Origin: Hydrolagus colliei
Taxonomy: Eukaryota
Direction of reading: 5' to 3'
Assembly (NCBI GenBank): GCA_035084275.1
Contig: CM068760.1
Coordinates: 1,922,001-1,986,000 of the forward strand
Length of the DNA: 64,000 nucleotides
The notes beneath the pieces are model-generated. The model did not search any database, had not been told where the DNA came from, and saw only the letters and a list, made by a program, of their open reading frames with translations. The translations under genes were made by a program, and so were the position numbers. The stretch's first letter is position 1, and every line of letters begins with the position of its first letter. This document shows, one piece after another, positions 26,639 through 40,070 of this stretch.

Positions 26639-29600
26639 ATGGCGGAGGCGGAGGGGGAGACGCTGGAATCCTGGCTCAGTGAGTAGCGGACAGACCCACT
26701 CACCGCCCGCGCCCCGCGTCCCGAGCACCGCGCACAACCCCCCCCCCCCCCGAGGCTTTCCCCCTCAGACGGGGGGGCGGGGGGTTTGGGCGGCTCCATC
26801 ACTGCCCGCGGCTCCCCTCCCTCTGTCACTGTCACAACACAGAGGCCAGGGCTGTCACTGTCACTATAGCCAGTGTAGAGAGGCCAGGGCTGTCACTGTC
26901 ACTAGCCAGCGTGGAGAGGCCAGGGCTGTCACTGTCACTATAGCCAGTGTAGAGAGGCCAGGGCTGTCACTGTGACTATAGCCAGTGTGGAGAGGCCAGG
27001 GCTGTCACTGTCACTAGCCAGCGTGGAGAGGCCAGGGCTGTCACTGTGACTATAGCCAGTGTGGAGAGGCCAGGGCTGTCACTGTGACTATAGCCAGTGT
27101 GGAGAGGCCAGGGCTGTCACTCACGACACCTGCAGTGGATGGGATGTGGGAGTGTGAGGGGAAGAATCTTATCTGATTGTCAACAGTATTATGAAGGTGT
27201 TCAATAATAACAGTCATCTTTGTGTTTGATGTAAAGCCTTATTATGTGGAGACGTCTCAAAGCGCTTTTCACAGAACGTGTGGCAAAGTGACTTGACTGT
27301 ATATTTTGTCGGCCAAATGTGTGGCAGCCGATTGTGCACAGCCACAAACAACACCAACAACAACAAAGTGACACTTGTACAGCGCCTTTCACATTAGGAG
27401 GACATCCCAAGGCGCTGTACAGTCAATGTTTCAGACCCGAGCTGGGGTCGGGATCAGGGAGGGTGGAGGGAAAGGTGGGAATTTGGGGTGACCGATGGGA
27501 CCGTCGAAGAGGAGGGTCTTGAAGGAAGCCAGGGAAGGGGCGAGGCGGAGGGAACAGTACTTGTGTCAAAAATGATTGTGAAGGAGAGAGGTGGTCTGTG
27601 GTGGTCTGTGTAACGGAGGCAATCTTTACAGGGTTGTGTCTGCCCATGACAATAGTAAGTGAGTGTATGTGTACATATCGCTGAGACTGAGTGCAATTAA
27701 TTAACTGTTTGAGACAGCCATTTCATGTGAAAGGCACTATATAAATGTAAATTGTGTGTTGTATTTTGTTGTATTAATGCTGCTTGGAGTCGAACCAGCT
27801 AAACCAGCATAGCTTGCCAGTTCAGACCATCCTAGAGTTAGGGCTTTGGCTTGTAGGTTTAACAGGAACCGAGGGGGATCACTACCTGCCCAGAGTGATT
27901 GGTGGGCCCTTCTCGGTTCCGCCGATGAGCCAGGCTGGCAGTGCTGCCATCAGCTGTGCCCTGGACTACTGCAGACCCGCCTGACTCGGGAAATGGTCTA
28001 GCAAGACTGCCACAGATTCATCTGGTTGGGTTGAGATAAGGTGAAACTTCCGTATCTCTAGGTCTTCAAACCGAATCTTTTCCTTCCTGCAGATAAAGCC
28101 ACCAGCCCAGCAAACCGACAAGAGGACTGGGAGTACATCATAGGTTTCTGTGATCAAGTCAACAAAGAGCTGGAAGGGTAAGCGCGGCTGCCTTGAGTTG
28201 TCCGCCCGACGTGAAAGACGCTCCACAAATGTAATTTTGTCGTTGTGGCCAGAATGCCGCCGCTTGTTACATTTTCATTCAAATTATTTTTGTGATTTTG
28301 GAGATTTCCCTCAAATATTAATCTTGAAGGCTCCCTTTTAAAAAAAAAAAGTTGTTAACCCCAAAATGCACGATTTTAAAAATAAACATTTTGCGTTACG
28401 GAAAGTTTCTCGCAGGAAGAGTTGGATAATGGAAAACTAATATACATTATCCCCGAGAGAAACCTTTGCATCTGCTGAAAAGGTCTTCCTCGCTGCATTG
28501 TGTTGTGTGTTGAGTGGATGGTCATGAGACTGCTGAGATGAGGTAGAAGATTTAAATGTACCGTATTTTACAAAACTCATGCAAATAAATGTGGGGAGTT
28601 GAAAGCTGTAGAATCTGAGATCTGGATAAACCATTTACAATCGTCCAATGCAGGCTGGGCTGCATTGTCGAAGGTGCCACAATTAGAGCTACTAATTGCC
28701 TCTCCCTGCAGTGGCTGATAACCACTGATAACTATGGAAATGAACTGGACAGACCAGGAAGTCTAGGTTCGATCCCTAGAATTTGCTGATTTCAGTCGGA
28801 ATGGAAGAAATCACAATATTGGAATCAGCATTGCTAGGGAGAGGAAAACAAGGTTTGGTTTTTTGCCCCTGTTTTTAACGTCCACCTGAACTGAGACCCT
28901 GGTCTAATGTCTCGTCCAAATGCCGGCACCCACGACAGTGCAACCCACATGGATCGCGGCATTAGAGACGAAGAAGCCCAGTGAGGTCATAGGCCTGTTG
29001 TCATAGCTTTCTGACTCAGAAGTGACAGCTACTATTTGAGCCAAACTGACACCTTACCAGTGACTTCTGCTGGAAAGTTACACAATTGTTGATCCATTTG
29101 AAGGCAGGGTTTTGCATATCTCAGAGTTCTCTCTCTATCAGACGTTTTCAAAGCAACAATATAACCCATGGCGGCCTTAAGCAATTCAGAGACAATGCAT
29201 AGCCTTGGGAACTACTGAGATTTTATCTTTTAACTGTTATTGTGGACAAAACATTATCTGTGTGGGAGGATTGTTTCTTGTTCAAAGGGGGGAAAATTTG
29301 GTCTGAAATTGATGGCGATTACAAATGTACAACATTTGTGAATACATCTTTCTTATCTTGCCCTCTTCACTGACATCTATCTACAGAAAAATTCTATGGT
29401 TTAAATGTTAATTTGTTTTCCAGACCACAGATAGCTGTCAGACTACTGGCTCATAAAATCCAGTCTCCTCAAGAATGGGAGGCAGTACAGGCACTTACAG
29501 TGAGTATGGGATTAATCATTATTCATTATATTATTATATTATTATTATTATTACCACCAAAGTAGTGTCTGCCACGAGTGTACAAGGTTTTACTGAGACT

Positions 29601-32600
29601 GCACACACCTCGTTCTTAAACCAGAGTGTGTTGTTACAAACGCCTCAAGCTTCGCGGGACCTAGCAGGTACTTGTCTGCTTCCGTGCATGAATATGTTTG
29701 TAATTTTTGTAGTAATACTTGCGTTTGCGACGGCGCTTTTCATGTCAGGAGGACGTGCTTGACGGGGGGGGGGCTTACTGTAAGCTGTACGGAGTGTACT
29801 TTGCGTACAGCAATGTCCCCTTTTTGCAAGAGTTCATCTGTTGCTGAAATGAACTTGCGTAACACAGCACATCCTGTTTCCACAGAGAATGGCTTGTTGG
29901 TCAACCCTCTTGTACATTAGAGATATAAATCGTGAAAGGCCTGAGAGCAGGCCACTTCCTGCAGCCACTTCCTGCCCAACCTTTGGTTCGGGGAATAGTG
30001 TTGAGAGAAATGTACTTCAACGATAATAATACTTTCATTTGATAAAGCTTGGAGACGTGTCACAGAATACACTATAAAGGGAATTGACTGTATATTTTGG
30101 GTGAAACATGGCATCCAATTGGGCACAGTAGTGTCCCACAAATGGTCATGGATTGACGAGAAGTTCTGTTTCACAATTTAATTTGAAATTATTTCTCTTA
30201 ACGTGAATTATCAGTTTTTTTTTTACATTGAGTGATGTACTGCGAGCATAGGTGTGAAGAAAATGGTGGTATTCTACTCAATAAGGTCAGAACATAGCTT
30301 TTGCCATAACCAGACGTTAGCACACTGTCTCAGCTAACTTGTGCATTCCAGGCTGCACGCAGCTGTCCTCAAAATAACGCTTATTCTTCGAAGCTTTGAA
30401 ATAAAATCTCACAATAAGGGATTGCAGCCCGATGATCCAAAATCTGGATCTTGGGATATTCCATCGTGTTGGCCACGGTGTGGAATTGTGTGACGGACAC
30501 TTCCATCATTTGCGAATGCCGAGTGAAAGACATTGGGTGGGGGTGATGTGCTGTCTGACCTGCATCACAGATGTAATTACAGTCAGTGCTTTAATTGGAT
30601 CCAGGTGTTAGAAGCTTGTATGAAGAACTGCGGGAGAAGATTTCATAATGAAGTGGGAAAATTTCGGTTCTTGAATGAATTAATCAAAGTGGTATCTCCA
30701 AAGGTGAGTTTGACCAATGAATGTGAAATTATTTCAGTGGGGGGTGGGGTGGTGGGGAGGGGGGAGGGGGGGCGGGGGAAGAGGTGGAGGGAGGAGGGGG
30801 AACTGAAGGAGAACAGCTGTTCAAGTGGGGTGGTTCCCAGTGACTGAAGCATGTCCAGTGCCAGATAGCTGCGTACAAGAATCAATGGCAGTTCTCACCA
30901 AGTGCAAAGCTTTTACTTTCAGTCTTGAATTTACTCCATAGCTGCAATTAATAAAGTGCATTAGGACCAGCACAGTGAGCAAACTATATCCTCTTTCAAA
31001 TCAATGTTGTATTGAGCCTGAAGAGGTTTTAAACTAGAGGCTGCAATTGTTAAAGTCCTTGCCCGGGAATGTGAGCGTTCGCAGTTTGAACTCTGCTGGT
31101 GCGGTTTCGATTATTTATAATAATAATCTTTCACAGATTCCTCTGTTTTTTTTCTTCCCCAGTATTTGGGAGATCGAGTGTCAGAGAAAGTCAAAATGAA
31201 AGTGATTGAACTTCTCTACAGCTGGACAGTTGCTCTCCCGGAGGAAACAAAGATTAAAGATGCCTATCAGATGTTAAAAAAACAAGGTGTGGCAAGTTTC
31301 CCCAGTCAATCCTAACCCTCCCAACAACCCCAATGCTAATAATAATCCTTACATTTGATACAGGGACTTTCCCAGCCGGAGGACGTCTTAAAGTGACTAA
31401 CAAGATAGTAAGCGCAGCGTCCAATCTGCGTACAGCAGTATCCTCCATACAACCAGGAAGTGAATTGAGCCATTTTATCGGAGATTGTTAGCTGGGAAAC
31501 TGGGAGAATCTGTGAATTCCGAGCTCCGACGGGTGTGGGAACAATGACACCCACAGCCTTCAGACTTGGAAGGCAAGAGAGCAACTCACTGAGCCAGCCC
31601 CTGTGTATCTCATGAGTTTACAGATGGTTTGGGTTGGTGAATCCAGTCAAACATCGACTCGTGACCACCATTTTACCTCCCCCTCCCCCTCCCCTCCTCT
31701 CCCCCTCCTCTGATCAGTACCACCAGACTCGATGCTCTTGAGCCTGAGTAGCTATAACCATGGTCACTGGTGCGCTACTGTTTTATTTCTCCACCTCCCT
31801 AATCCCACTTCCTCACTATCTCACCACATATTCCCACTTCCTAAATAGCTATTCGACTTTCCGTACCTCTTGCTCAATCTCTCAGCGTTTGAGGGGGGTG
31901 CGTGTGGTTACTGAGCAAAGGAAAATTTTGAATTTACTGCAAATCATTTGATTTATTTTTCCTCCCCCCTCTACACTGCGTTCCCAGATACAGGCGATGG
32001 ACTGCCACCTTCCTCCACGTGCTGCTGAGAGCTTCGCTGCGGTATCGTTAGGCGACTCGTTCACCACTCTTGATTTTCATCTCCAGGCTGTACCTGTAAC
32101 GAGGCTGGCAGTACATCTGATGGCTGTGGCATTGAAGCCAAACCCTTGATCTCTGTGAGAGTCCATAGGATGTTTCCCCCCCTAAATAATCCCATCAGCT
32201 ACCACTCTGTGTTCACGCTCTCTCCACTGCAAACGGCAGATTGTCAAAAGTAGTGACCCTTCTTGTAGGTAAAAGTGGAAGCTCATCTCTTCAGGTTGTG
32301 TGCTTGCAGTATGCCTCGACCCTTCTCGGGTGACTGGTGTGAGCTGCACTCTTTAGTGCCAGGGGGGAGCATTTAGGATTCAAAATAATGTCTCCCGAGT
32401 TGAGGGATTGGCATCACAAGGTTCCTAATGATACTGATATTGTGTGTACCAGTGGTACTGATGTGTGTTTTGCTTGCAGGCATTTTACAACATGATCCTC
32501 AGATCCCTGTTGATAAGACGCTGGTTCCATCTCCCCCAACTCGCTCCAAAAACGCAGTATTTGAAGATGATGAAAAATCAAAGGTATTGAAAGCAATGTC

Positions 32601-35600
32601 CGTTGCATGGCTCTCACACAATAATTGCTGTGCGCGATTTCGCCCACAAGAAACACATCGTCAATCTACTTCACGATATATTCTATGAAGTGCTTTGAGA
32701 CGGAGGTTCACGTCTTTCATTTATCTTGGCACATGCTCCCGTACTAATTTACAAGCCATAATGTGTGTGTGGATCCCTGTGTGATTTTGTTTCGTTCCTT
32801 CACAGTTACTGGCCAGATTACTAAAGAGTAAAAATCCCGATGATCTTCAGGAAGCCAACAAACTGATTAAGAACATGGTGAAAGAGGTGAGTCTGGTGAT
32901 TGCCCTAAACCTTGATGTCTCGTCCCAGCAACCGCTTCTGTTGGAATTCATTTGGTGAGGTTGTCTTTAGGAGAAAACAGTGTGTTTATCCAGTGAGTGG
33001 GAGTAAGCCCACGATCTCTACCCCAAAAGGCTGTGGATGCTCAGTCTTTGAATATATTCAAGACTGAGATTGACTGCTTTCTAATGGATAGAGAGATTAA
33101 GGGAAATGGCGGGCAGATGGAGTTATATTAGAAGATCAGCCATGATCTTATTGAATGGCGGGGCAGGCTCGAGGGGCTGAATGGCCTATTCCTGCTCCTA
33201 ATTCCTATGTTCCTCTGGTCAATGAAGAAGTTACAAACTGACCAAAGGCACGTTCCGAAATATTTTCCTTTTAGTTTCTTCTCTCGGGCAGTTTCCGAGA
33301 CCCATTATTAAGCGCGCCGAGACGCCACCTTGCACGAATGAGCGGCTTAATCAGGTGCTCTGCTGCCAGCGTTGAGTGAGAATGCGAGGGGGAGGTACAC
33401 ACATGAGTCTTTTTGTCCACCGGGAATGGAAGCCTCTTACCCTATTTAAGAGTCTCCGGTTTCAGTCACTGGGAACCTGCCGCTCCCCCTGGACTGCACA
33501 GAAGTGTCGGCCTGGATTGTGAATTCGAGCTGCCACCGAGCAGGACGGGGCTGAGAAACGTGTGGAGATGTTGCTGGGGTGTGGGTTTGTGAGCAGCTCG
33601 TCAGCAGTTCGAAAACCTCCCGAAAGATGGTCTGGTATTAGGAAAGAACTTGCCATCTCTCTCTCTCTCTCTCTCTGTGCTCGGTTTCCGTGCTGTGTTT
33701 TGGACCCGAAAGTAGGTCAACTGGTTTGAATTGTACAATCTGCCATTCATGGCTTCCAGGGGAATGAAGAGACTAAATGGCGCTCTTTGTTCTCGGGCCT
33801 GAGTTGACAAGGAGGGGGAAGGGAAGGAAAACTGCCTTTGTCTGGAGGTTGAATAAAATGCGGTCGCCTGTTTGTGCGGAGCTGTGCGGAATTAAACAGG
33901 GGGCTACATCTGACGAGAACGTTTCCAGGGGCTTCATTAAATTTCAATAACGATTCCAGTTTACAACAGCCCCTGTGAGTGTGCTGACAGAGCAAAGGGC
34001 GACAGCTCGGTGATCACATCGTTAACATTTAGTAAGAATAAAATATGAAGAAATGATTTGGTCACTTCTATCCACGAGTGTTTGTGGGGACACTGCTATG
34101 CACAGTTGGGCTGCTGCATTTTGCCCCCAAAATACGGTCGATTCACTTTACAGTATATCCTGTTTTGAAACGCTTTGAGACGTTTCGAAGACGCGATAAC
34201 AACAACAACAAAATGACACTTGTGTAGCACCTTTCAAGATAGGACATCACAAGGCGCTGAGGGATAGTCATTGTTTCAGACCCGAGCTGGGACGGGGAGG
34301 GTGGAGGGAAAGGGGGGGGATTTGGGGTGACTGATGGGACTGTCGAAGAGTAAGGTCTTGAGGTGGGACTTGAAGTAGGCCAGGGAGGCGGCGAGGCATT
34401 GCGGAATAGAGTTCCAGAGGTTAGGGGCAGAGTGGCTGACGGCTCGCTCGCCAATGGTTCGTTGGGGGATGGGAGGTCTCAGACAGGGTGGGGCGAGGCC
34501 GTGGAGGGCTTTGAATGTGAGGACCAGAGTCATGTTCAGTGGATTATCATTATTATTATTATGGGTTTAGTTGCAAAGAAGACAATTTCAGGACAGACAC
34601 TAGGCAGTGTTTCCTTACCCAGAGGTGATAAGGTGTTGTGTCGAATGCAAGGATTATTATTATTATTCTAATGCCATTTGCAGGATGAGGTGCGAATGCA
34701 GAAAATAACCAAACGCTTGAACACACTGGAGGAGGTGAATAACAATGTGCGGCTGCTCAGCGAGATGCTGGTTCATTATAACAATGAGGAGTCTACGGAC
34801 GGTGACAAAGAGCTGATCAAGGTGCAAACTGATGGAGCCCTTACCCCTCCTCACCCCCCCCCCACACTTCCAACACCACCAATACTCTCCCACCTGAACT
34901 CCGTTTTATGCCGTTTATAAAAATCATTTAAAAAAACTCAATCAACGAGTGTTTGTGGGACGCTGCTGTGCACGATTGTCTGCCTCCAGCAGAATATACA
35001 GTCAATTCACTTTCCAGTGTATCTTGTGAAGCACTGTGAGACGTCTGGAAGATATGATAAGGCGCTATGTCAACGCAAGGAGCATTATTATTATTGCGCA
35101 GTTTCATATTGGCTTACAGCGTTTGTATATGTCCCGCTTTCAATTTATATCAGAGCCTGGATGATGAGGCTCACAGGCCAGGGACATCACAGTCAAGTCT
35201 GTCTTTATCCAACATGTATATAGGTACCCCTATATGTTACCTGTTTCAGCCAATACAGCTGGCTGTTTGTCTGTTGCGATGTGTCTGAGTTGGAGTATAA
35301 GCCTGGACTCGAACATGTACAATCTTTTTTTTTTTTTACACAGGAGTTGTACGACCGGTGTGAGAAGATGAGGCGGACTTTGTTCAAGCTCGCTAGTGAG
35401 ACCGAGGATAACGATAACAGCTTAGGTACAACGCCAGACATCTGTTTGCCCCTTCTGATGGTTCACTTGCTCAAGCCATCACCCCCTGTGTAACTGGACC
35501 ATTGCAGATGAAGGAAGTCTCCACTGAATTTTAGTCAGGCAATCCCATCTCACCCGAGCACCTCCCCGCCTCTCTCATCTCATCTCCTCGTACTCCACTC

Positions 35601-38600
35601 TTCTGCTCACTCCGAACGCTCGTCTAACCCAGGCTCGTGCCACCCACCATTAGTGGTTGAGACTTCAGTCACTTTTCCCCTCGGCTCTGGAGCGTGGTCC
35701 ACGCTTGCCCCCTCGCTATCCATGTGTAAATACCACCTTAAAACCTACCTCTTTGCCCATATCTGCGGTCAACTTCCCCACCCCTCCTCCCTTGTTTGGT
35801 GTGTCCCATCCCCCCACACCCCCTGGGGGAGGCGCTCTGGCACGTTACCCAGTGTCAAGGGCTATCTATATATCTACACGCAAGTTATTGATCAAACCAC
35901 TCCTCAGTTGCATCCTTGTTTTTTTTTTCTCCCCAGGTGAGATCCTGCAAGCCAGCGATGACCTCTCGCGGGTGATCAACTCCTATAAACAGATTGTTCA
36001 AGGACAGACCGTCAATGGGGAAGTGGGTTTACCTGAGCTTCCAAAGCCAGCAGGTAACTTTGCTCTAAACATCACGGAGAATGGTGGAACATTGCTGTGT
36101 CATCCAGAGGTGGGTGGGGGAGGAGAGGGAGGAGGGAACTGTTTAGCGTTTAGTGAATGTGTTTAACGTCTGGCCTTGCTTCCCTGTGTTGCAGTTAAAG
36201 CCCCCTCCACGACCACAGAACCCACAGAGACGCTGATCGACTTGGCTGGTTCGGACGTTCCCACGGTAACCACCGCCCCGGCAAACGCCACGGCAGCTCT
36301 GGCCTTTCCCCTCATCCCGCCCCCCCCTCATGTGGCTGCTCACGGTGGGACCCAGGCCCCCAGCCTGCCTCCCAGCAGTGCTCTGGGATTGTTAGACGTG
36401 GAGCTGCTCTCACTAGGTAATGGCGCTGGCCTCCAGGGCGCAGACATGGAGGGACATCATCCACTTTGTTACTACAGCTTCCTTGGGGGGGGTGGGGGGG
36501 GGATGGATGGCGGTGGGGCCTCAGCCTGACCTGGTGGCAAGGAGGTGGGGGAGGTGTGCTTTGGACTATACTGGCTGGATGGGGAGACACTGAGATTGAC
36601 TGGCAAAGCTTGTGGGGAGGGGGAGCACGCGTTGGCCAAGGAGAGTCGGGGGCTGAGTGAGAGATGAGCGCAGAGCCGTGCCACCGGGTGTAACACTCGG
36701 CTTGTTTGTCCGTGTCAGGACTGAACGATCCGCCATCGAGTTCAGGGGCCGGGCAGGACGCGGGATACTCCCAGTGGAATACATTCCAGGTAAAAAATAA
36801 TGATAGATTCACACACTGTGTCCTGATCCACACCGTACTGACCACTGTGTTGAGTGGGACAAAGTTACCGAAGCCAGTGAGAAAGCGCAACCGTTACCAG
36901 CCGTGTCTGACGTGGCTCCTACTTACCGCGGGGTGGGGGTCAGACTCCACCACTGTCAATCCCTCTGGGAATCTAGCCCCTCGAAGGGCACGACACGTTG
37001 CCATTGTTGCCGACGGTGGTTGGTGGCTGGGGAGTGGACGTCGTGCCTGAGTGGAGGGGAGAAGTGGGAAGTAACCCACGTACGCACACGACGCAGTCCG
37101 TACACCTCACAGTATATTTCTGTGAAGCGCTTTGAGAGACGTCTAGCAGATGTGAAAACCGCTCTGTATCAGATTGCAAGGATTATTATTAGTATTGTTA
37201 TCATTGTTATTACTAACCACGGGTTGGTCAAAAAGGTAGGACTTTAGGTGAGATTCGAAGAAAACGGGTGGATAAAGCGAGATCCCTGGTGACAGGGTGT
37301 CGTGGCCTCTCTGTGATACAGGGCCAAACGTTTTGAGATATTTCCCCAACGTGAAAGGCGCTATATATGAATGTTGTGATATTGGATCTGTTGTTTGGCA
37401 GCTGAGCCGGGCGCAGTCACCTGCCTGTGACCAGCGGCGTTTCTGTTGCAGAACGAGAGTAACCCCGTCAACCTTTTCGACGCGGCCACGGGCAGCGAGG
37501 GAAGCGGCTCCTGCCTGACATCTCTGCTGCAGTCGGCCGCCGCTCAGCCCCTGAACCCCCTGTCCTCCGCCTCCGCCTTTCCCGGGCCTCCCTTCGCCGC
37601 CAGCCCGTGCCTCCCTCCGGCGATGCCGCTCATGCCGAACGTGGCGGCTCCCGGTGTGGCCAGGGCCGGCGTGGCTCCTCACCACGCCACGGGCTCTGCC
37701 CTGCCGGCCGCCCACGCCGGAGGGTCGCCCTCCGTCAACAGCGGCCTGCTCGAGCTGGATTTGCTCAGTCAGAAGCTTCTAGAAGAGGTCAAAGGGTAAG
37801 TGACCGGCGGAGAGCTCGGCTGGTTAATTGGAGACGCCCTCCCGACGTGAAAGGCGCTCTATTAATGTCATGTTGTGCTGGTGGCGGTGGTTATTGTCGT
37901 AGTCTCACAGCGTCTTGTTAAAGTTGTTGACCTCTCTGTTAACGGTAGGTGTTCATTTCGCACACACAGAGCGTCTCGTCACAGGGGCAGCCCATCGGGG
38001 GTGTCGGCGATGCCAGGCAGCGGCTTCGGCACACCAGCCGGGGCACCCGGGAGCCCTCTCCTGCGCTCGCTCTCCCCGCAGCCCTCCAGCCCGCTCCGCA
38101 CCGGACTCCAGGCTGAAGCATCACTCGGCAACGTATTAGTTCCACTGGAGACCATTAAGCCAAGTAGGTATCGGGCTGGCCTCTGTGTGTCTTGTTACCT
38201 GTGGGTATGTGCTAGTGGGGGTGGGGAGGGACCCTGGTAATCCTGTCTGTATTGTGCTATATGATCTCAGTCAGCGTCTTCAGGCCGGTGGGTGCGTGGT
38301 GTGTGTGGCGTGTGTGTAATGTGATACTTTATTATAAGGGATTCTCACTGTTTAAGTGTGATTCTGTGTTGAAATTCCTCCTGACGTGAATCTATTTGCT
38401 ATGAAGGGGCGAGGGGTGTCCTCCGCAGCCTTGCCTCCCAAGGTGACGACAGTCTCTCTCTCTCTCTCTCCCCCCCCACACAGGTAATGTGCTCCCTGTC
38501 ACGGCGTACGACAAGAATGGCTTCCGGGTCCTGCTGCACTTTGCCAAGGACTGTCCTCCGTCCCGGCCGGACGTTTTGGTGATTGTTATTTCCATGATCA

Positions 38601-40070
38601 GCACTGCACCCGTGCCCATCTCTAACGTGGTGCTGCAGGCAGCTGTACCCAAGGTAGGGGCTGAGGGTGTGTGTTAGTGTGTGTGTGTGAGGTGGGGGGG
38701 AGGTGGCATAGGCTGTGCTAAAGGGGGTTGGGGGGGCTTCACTTGAAGGGCAATCGTTTCAAACCACCACTCGTGGCAGGGCCTTCCATATCCTTAACTG
38801 CTCCGAGCAGGAAAGCGAGTCTTGCTTTCTATCAGAGCATAAATAGCCTGGGTGTCCGCGGGTCAACAATTCCCAAAGCAGAACCGGTCACTCACCTCAA
38901 AGCCGTTTGTGGGACATTTGCCGTCAGCAAATTGACGGCCCCATCCGTCCTCGAAATACACACGACGCTGCACTTTGTGATGCTTTCCCCCCCCCCCCCC
39001 ACCCCCTCTGTCGCCTTGACATCATTCCTAAAGTGGGGCAGATCAATACTGAACACGTTACTCTAACCCCAGCCTGACTAACCACTTGCTAACTTGCTGG
39101 AGTCTCTCGTGAGTCGACGACTGATCCATTCGTTTCCCCTCGCAGGCCATGAAAGTGAAGCTACAGCCTCCGTCCGGGAGCGAGCTCGCACCGTTCAACC
39201 CCGTCCTATCTCCGGCCGCCATCACCCAGGTCATGTTGTTAGCCAACCCTTTGAAGGTAAGGGACACCCGTCCACAGGCAACGATTGAGTCCACAATACA
39301 GTCGGTGCCAAATGGCAAACTCACAGCCTCTGAGCCTGTCATACAGTACGACTTGATGTTTGTTTTCAATAGAAAGTCTGCCTTGTTGCACCACACGCTC
39401 TCGATACCGAGATGACTCAGTGGAGGAGGTGGGTGGGGGTGGGGAGAAGAGTTGCTGCGTTGTTGGAGGTGCCATTCTTCCGATGAGGAGTTAAACTGAG
39501 GTCTCGTTTGCCTGTTTAGGCGACGTCAAAGATCCCTTGGCACTGTTTGAATGTAGAAGTTGTCCTTGGGAAACAGTTCCCCAAATATAACTGATCACTC
39601 AGCTCAAAAATGTGGGACGCTGCTGTGAGCAAATTGACTACTGTGTTCGCCCTCAAAATACACAGTCACTACACTGCCGAGTTTCTTGTGAGCGGTGAGG
39701 CAGTGTCTCTCTGTAGTGACTGCCGGGTTCTGTGTGATCAGGCCACAATTGGCTGCCGCGTTTCGCCCACAAATATACAGTCAATTCGCTTTACAGTATA
39801 TTCTGCGAAGCGCTTTGGGACCGTCTAGAAGACGTGAAAAGGGCGATAACAAATGCAAGGATTATTATTATTATGATTATTTTCACTTTGCTACTTTGGT
39901 CACGTTCTCTTTCATATCTCTCTCCCTCCTTCTCTCTCTCTCTCTGTCTCTCTGCACAGGAGAAGGTTAGACTAAGGTACAAGTTGACATTTACGATGGG
40001 ACAACAGCCGTTCTCGGAGCTGGGAGAAGTGGACCAGTTTCCTCCCGCTGAGAGATGGGGAAACCTCTGA
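26639..40070 (+). CDS. GGA3: ADP-ribosylation factor-binding protein GGA3 (VHS-GAT-hinge-GAE), 17 exons, 722 aa
   Basis: Exons 26639-26678, 28093-28177, 29424-29499, 30605-30703, 31163-31286, 32480-32583, 32806-32886, 34684-34821, 35344-35425, 35937-36053, 36195-36416, 36719-36789, 37452-37795, 37970-38163, 38484-38653, 39146-39256, 39960-40070. All are GT-AG and sum to 2169 nt in one frame. Starts MAEAEGETLESWLNKAT, ends DQFPPAERWGNL; LIDL, DVELL and WNTF hinge motifs present. Confidence 0.96.
26822..27121. repeat. 36-38 bp minisatellite in GGA3 intron 1, ~8 units
   Basis: Unit GAGAGGCCAGGGCTGTCACTGT(C/G)ACTA(TA)GCCAG(T/C)GT(G/A). Confidence 0.9.
33000..33214 (+). mobile_element. CR1-clade LINE 3' end
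   Basis: GATCAGCCATGATCTTATTGAATGGCGGGGCAGGCTCGAGGGGCTGAATGGCCTATTCCTGCTCC tail; matches 63590-63850. Confidence 0.8.
34190..34525 (-). mobile_element. L2 LINE 3' fragment
   Basis: LVLTFKALHGLAP on minus plus the family tail with (AAC)n. Confidence 0.75.
39465..39660 (+). mobile_element. Older Deu-domain SINE relic
   Basis: GGTGCCATTCTTCCGATGAGGAGTTAAACTGAGGTC..AAAGATCCCTTGGCACTGTTTGAA..GTGGGACGCTGCTGTGAGCAAATTGACT resembles DeuSINE cores from memory; not searched. Confidence 0.55.

Noticed and set aside
26086-26975. Long ORFs of 275 aa (+) and 249 aa (-) over the GGA3 promoter
   Set aside because: Low-complexity products of GC-rich tandem repeats and a LINE relic.
26822-27121. CRISPR-like regular repeat
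   Set aside because: Head-to-tail minisatellite with no unique spacers, in a vertebrate intron.
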